Shown: one piece after another, positions 61,861 to 64,000 of the stretch
Position numbering within the stretch: the stretch's first letter is position 1
How the letters are laid out: each line of letters starts with the position of its first letter
From: Longimicrobiales bacterium
Lineage (GTDB): Bacteria; Gemmatimonadota; Gemmatimonadetes; Longimicrobiales; Gaopeijiaceae
Assembly: GCA_963664435.2 (NCBI GenBank)
Contig: CAXXKM010000003.1
Span: forward strand, 416,001-480,000
Length of the DNA stretch: 64,000 nucleotides
Direction: 5' to 3'
Program-made: the position numbers and the translations under genes
Notes under the pieces: generated by a model
What the model was told of the DNA's origin: nothing
The model's database searches: none
Seen by the model: the letters and a program-made list of their open reading frames with translations, nothing else

Positions 61861-63498
61861 TTGCCCCACCCCTCTCGCGGGCACCTCGCGCTTACCCGGA
61901 TTGCGCCGCTCCTTCCCCGGCTGCTGACGCTTCTTCCGGCCCTCCTGCTGCCCGCGGCGGCCAGTGGACAGCTTGTCGGGGGGCCGATGGTCCCTTCGGG
62001 CCATCTGCGGCTGGACATCGACGCGAACTACGTCACCTGGAGCGAGCGCTTCGGCCTGCGGTCCGAGGGGGGATCGCTGGTTGAAGAAGTGGAGCCGCTG
62101 GGGTGGAACCTGAGCAGCGACGCGCTGGGATCGGACCGGCTTCCGGCAGCGGCGCTCAGCGAGGCTCGGCTCCGGACCTTGTTCGGGAACCCGGACTACC
62201 GATTCAACCTCGGGAGCACCAACCATCTGCTCGCGGCCCATATCCGGCGCGTGCCGCTCGGGTTCCGACTCGGAGTATTCCGCTGGCTGACGGTGGGGGC
62301 ATCGCTGCCCATGGTGCAGCGCAAGCTGGACTCGGAGCTGGTCTACTCGTCCGGGGAAGCGAACGCCGGCCTGGCCCCCGCCCCGTCCGTGAGCGCCCCC
62401 TTCATGGACGAATACCGGAACGCTCTTTCGGAGGCGCACGCCGCCATCGCCAGCCTGTGCCAGGTGGACGACAGCACGCCGGAATGCCGGACGGGGCGCA
62501 CCGTGCTCGCGGAGGGCGACGCGTTCCTGGCATCCCTCTCCACGCTGTTCGGCGAGGCGGTCTTCTTCCCCCTGCAAGGTTCCGTCGCGGGGCAGGATCT
62601 CACCGACCGCCTGGAAGCGGTGCGGACCGGCCTGGAGGACATCGGCGTGGCGAGCTTCATGGCCGAGCTCCCTCTCGGCACCCCCCTCGACCAGGCCGGC
62701 TTCGATTCGCTGGTCGTCGCTCCGGTGTTCGGCAGGGACGGTCTTCCCCTCAAGGGAATGGACGCCCTCTGGGAACCCGGAGACCTGGAGGTCGGCGCGG
62801 CCCTTCAGGTCCTGAACATTACCCCGCGTGCGCCGGACCCCCGGGCATCCGGAGAGGCGGCCGATTCCGCCGCCGGCCCCGAGCGGGACTCCGGGGGCGG
62901 CTTCGGGATTCGGCTGGGCGTCGCCGGCACGCTTCGTCTGGGAACCGGCGCCCCGCAGGACACCCTCCGCGACTTCCTGGACATGGAGGTCGCGGACGGC
63001 CAGATGGACATCGAGGTGCGCGCGTTCGGCGGCGTCGACTGGGCGCGGCGCGTGGGCCTGACCTTCGATGTACGCTACGGGATCGCCTCGCCCGTGTACG
63101 TCCGCCGGCGCATCGGCCCGCCCGATACGGGCTTCGCCCCGCGTCCGCCGCTGGAGACGGTGCAGTGGCAGCCGGGCAACTACCTCGAGTACGCGATCGC
63201 CCCACAACTGCTGCTCACACCCGAGTTTGCGGTCGGATTCGTGTACCGGTCCCTCAGCCGCGGGGCGGACAGCTTCGCGGGCGACGCGACAGACCTGGCG
63301 CCGCTCTCCCTCGAGACCGACGCCGAAGTGCGGTCGATGGGGGTGGACGTCCGGTACTCCAGCTTCCTGGGAGGCGGTTTTCCGGTTGTTGCCCGCTTCG
63401 GCTGGGAGGCTGCGCGGAACGGCGCCGGAGGCCGGACGCCCAAGACGGGAAGGGTGCGCTTCGGGGCAAGCCTCTTCTGGAGGCTGTGGGGCGGCTAA
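61861..63498 (+). CDS. Secreted/outer-membrane hypothetical protein; start uncertain
   Basis: Signal-like LLPALLLPAAASGQ, amphipathic strands, aromatic C-terminus. Codon usage matches the core genes. Confidence 0.6.
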   Translation: MPHPSRGHLALTRIAPLLPRLLTLLPALLLPAAASGQLVGGPMVPSGHLRLDIDANYVTWSERFGLRSEGGSLVEEVEPLGWNLSSDALGSDRLPAAALSEARLRTLFGNPDYRFNLGSTNHLLAAHIRRVPLGFRLGVFRWLTVGASLPMVQRKLDSELVYSSGEANAGLAPAPSVSAPFMDEYRNALSEAHAAIASLCQVDDSTPECRTGRTVLAEGDAFLASLSTLFGEAVFFPLQGSVAGQDLTDRLEAVRTGLEDIGVASFMAELPLGTPLDQAGFDSLVVAPVFGRDGLPLKGMDALWEPGDLEVGAALQVLNITPRAPDPRASGEAADSAAGPERDSGGGFGIRLGVAGTLRLGTGAPQDTLRDFLDMEVADGQMDIEVRAFGGVDWARRVGLTFDVRYGIASPVYVRRRIGPPDTGFAPRPPLETVQWQPGNYLEYAIAPQLLLTPEFAVGFVYRSLSRGADSFAGDATDLAPLSLETDAEVRSMGVDVRYSSFLGGGFPVVARFGWEAARNGAGGRTPKTGRVRFGASLFWRLWGG

Positions 63499-63533
63499 AG
63501 GGCCGTGGGAGCGGCTAAAGAGCCCTGGGGCGG

Positions 63534-64000
63534 CTAAAGGACAGCCTCCGCAACCTCCTGCCCGGCGGCGCGCAACAGCTCGCGGGCGTGCTCGCGGGAA
63601 GCCGCGGAGTCCGGATCGCCGCCCAGCATTCGGGCGATCTCGTGGACGCGCGTGTCCCCCTCCAGAGCGAAGGCGCGCGTACGGACCATGCCGTCATCCG
63701 CCGAGAGCCGCTTTTCGACCAGCAGGTGGTGGCTCGCCCGCGACGCGATCTGGGCGAGGTGGGTGATGGCGAGCACCTGGTGCGCCCGGCCGGATTCCTG
63801 CAGCCGCGCGCCGACGGCGTTGGCGATCTCGCCCCCGACCCCGGCGTCGATCTCGTCGAACACCAGCGTCGGCACCCGGTCCGCGGCACCCAGAATCGAC
63901 TTGAGGGCGAGCATCACCCTCGAGAGCTCCCCGCCGCTCGCGATCCGGCCGAGGGGCGCGGGCGGAAATCCCGGGTTCAGCGAAGCCAGGAACTCCACCC
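63534..64000 (-). CDS. recN: DNA repair protein RecN (C-terminal part)
   Basis: ASGGELSRVMLALK, LVFDEIDAGVGG, QVLAITHLAQIA, EIARMLGG. Confidence 0.95.
   Translation of the reverse strand, partial: VEFLASLNPGFPPAPLGRIASGGELSRVMLALKSILGAADRVPTLVFDEIDAGVGGEIANAVGARLQESGRAHQVLAITHLAQIASRASHHLLVEKRLSADDGMVRTRAFALEGDTRVHEIARMLGGDPDSAASREHARELLRAAGQEVAEAVL

Overview
The window has two parts. Positions ~1-23,750 are an accessory defence/mobile island that looks lower in GC by eye. It carries a SNF2 helicase running off the left edge, a CBS-HEPN protein, a RecD-like helicase-nuclease split by a 1-nt frameshift, an mcrB-like stub and an SBD-HNH nuclease. It also holds an atypical tRNA (GCT anticodon on an Arg-like short-arm body), a decayed IS21, a sacsin/GHKL-DUF3883 gene split at a (TC)5 tract, an IS481 remnant and toxin-antitoxin remnants. 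Positions ~23,800-64,000 are high-GC core genome: FKBP, dcd, mdh, moaADE, HU/IHF, carA, rnhA, a probable 6S-like RNA, lipB, 2-oxoacid dehydrogenase E2/E1b/E1a, secG, tpiA, pgk, gap, comF, aroE, a tsaC-phosphatase fusion, ispD, dnaB, udg, coaBC, rpoZ, gmk, yicC, pepA, icd, tRNA-Cys, tRNA-Gly and recN. A fused CapRel-like toxSAS and a large LRR-metallopeptidase lipoprotein sit within this core region. Gene content suggests a Gemmatimonadota-like, possibly host (sponge)-associated bacterium (inference). The best candidates for something new are the helicase-nuclease/CBS-HEPN/SNF2 operon and the Arg-like tRNA(GCT). All calls come from reading motifs by eye; no searches were run.
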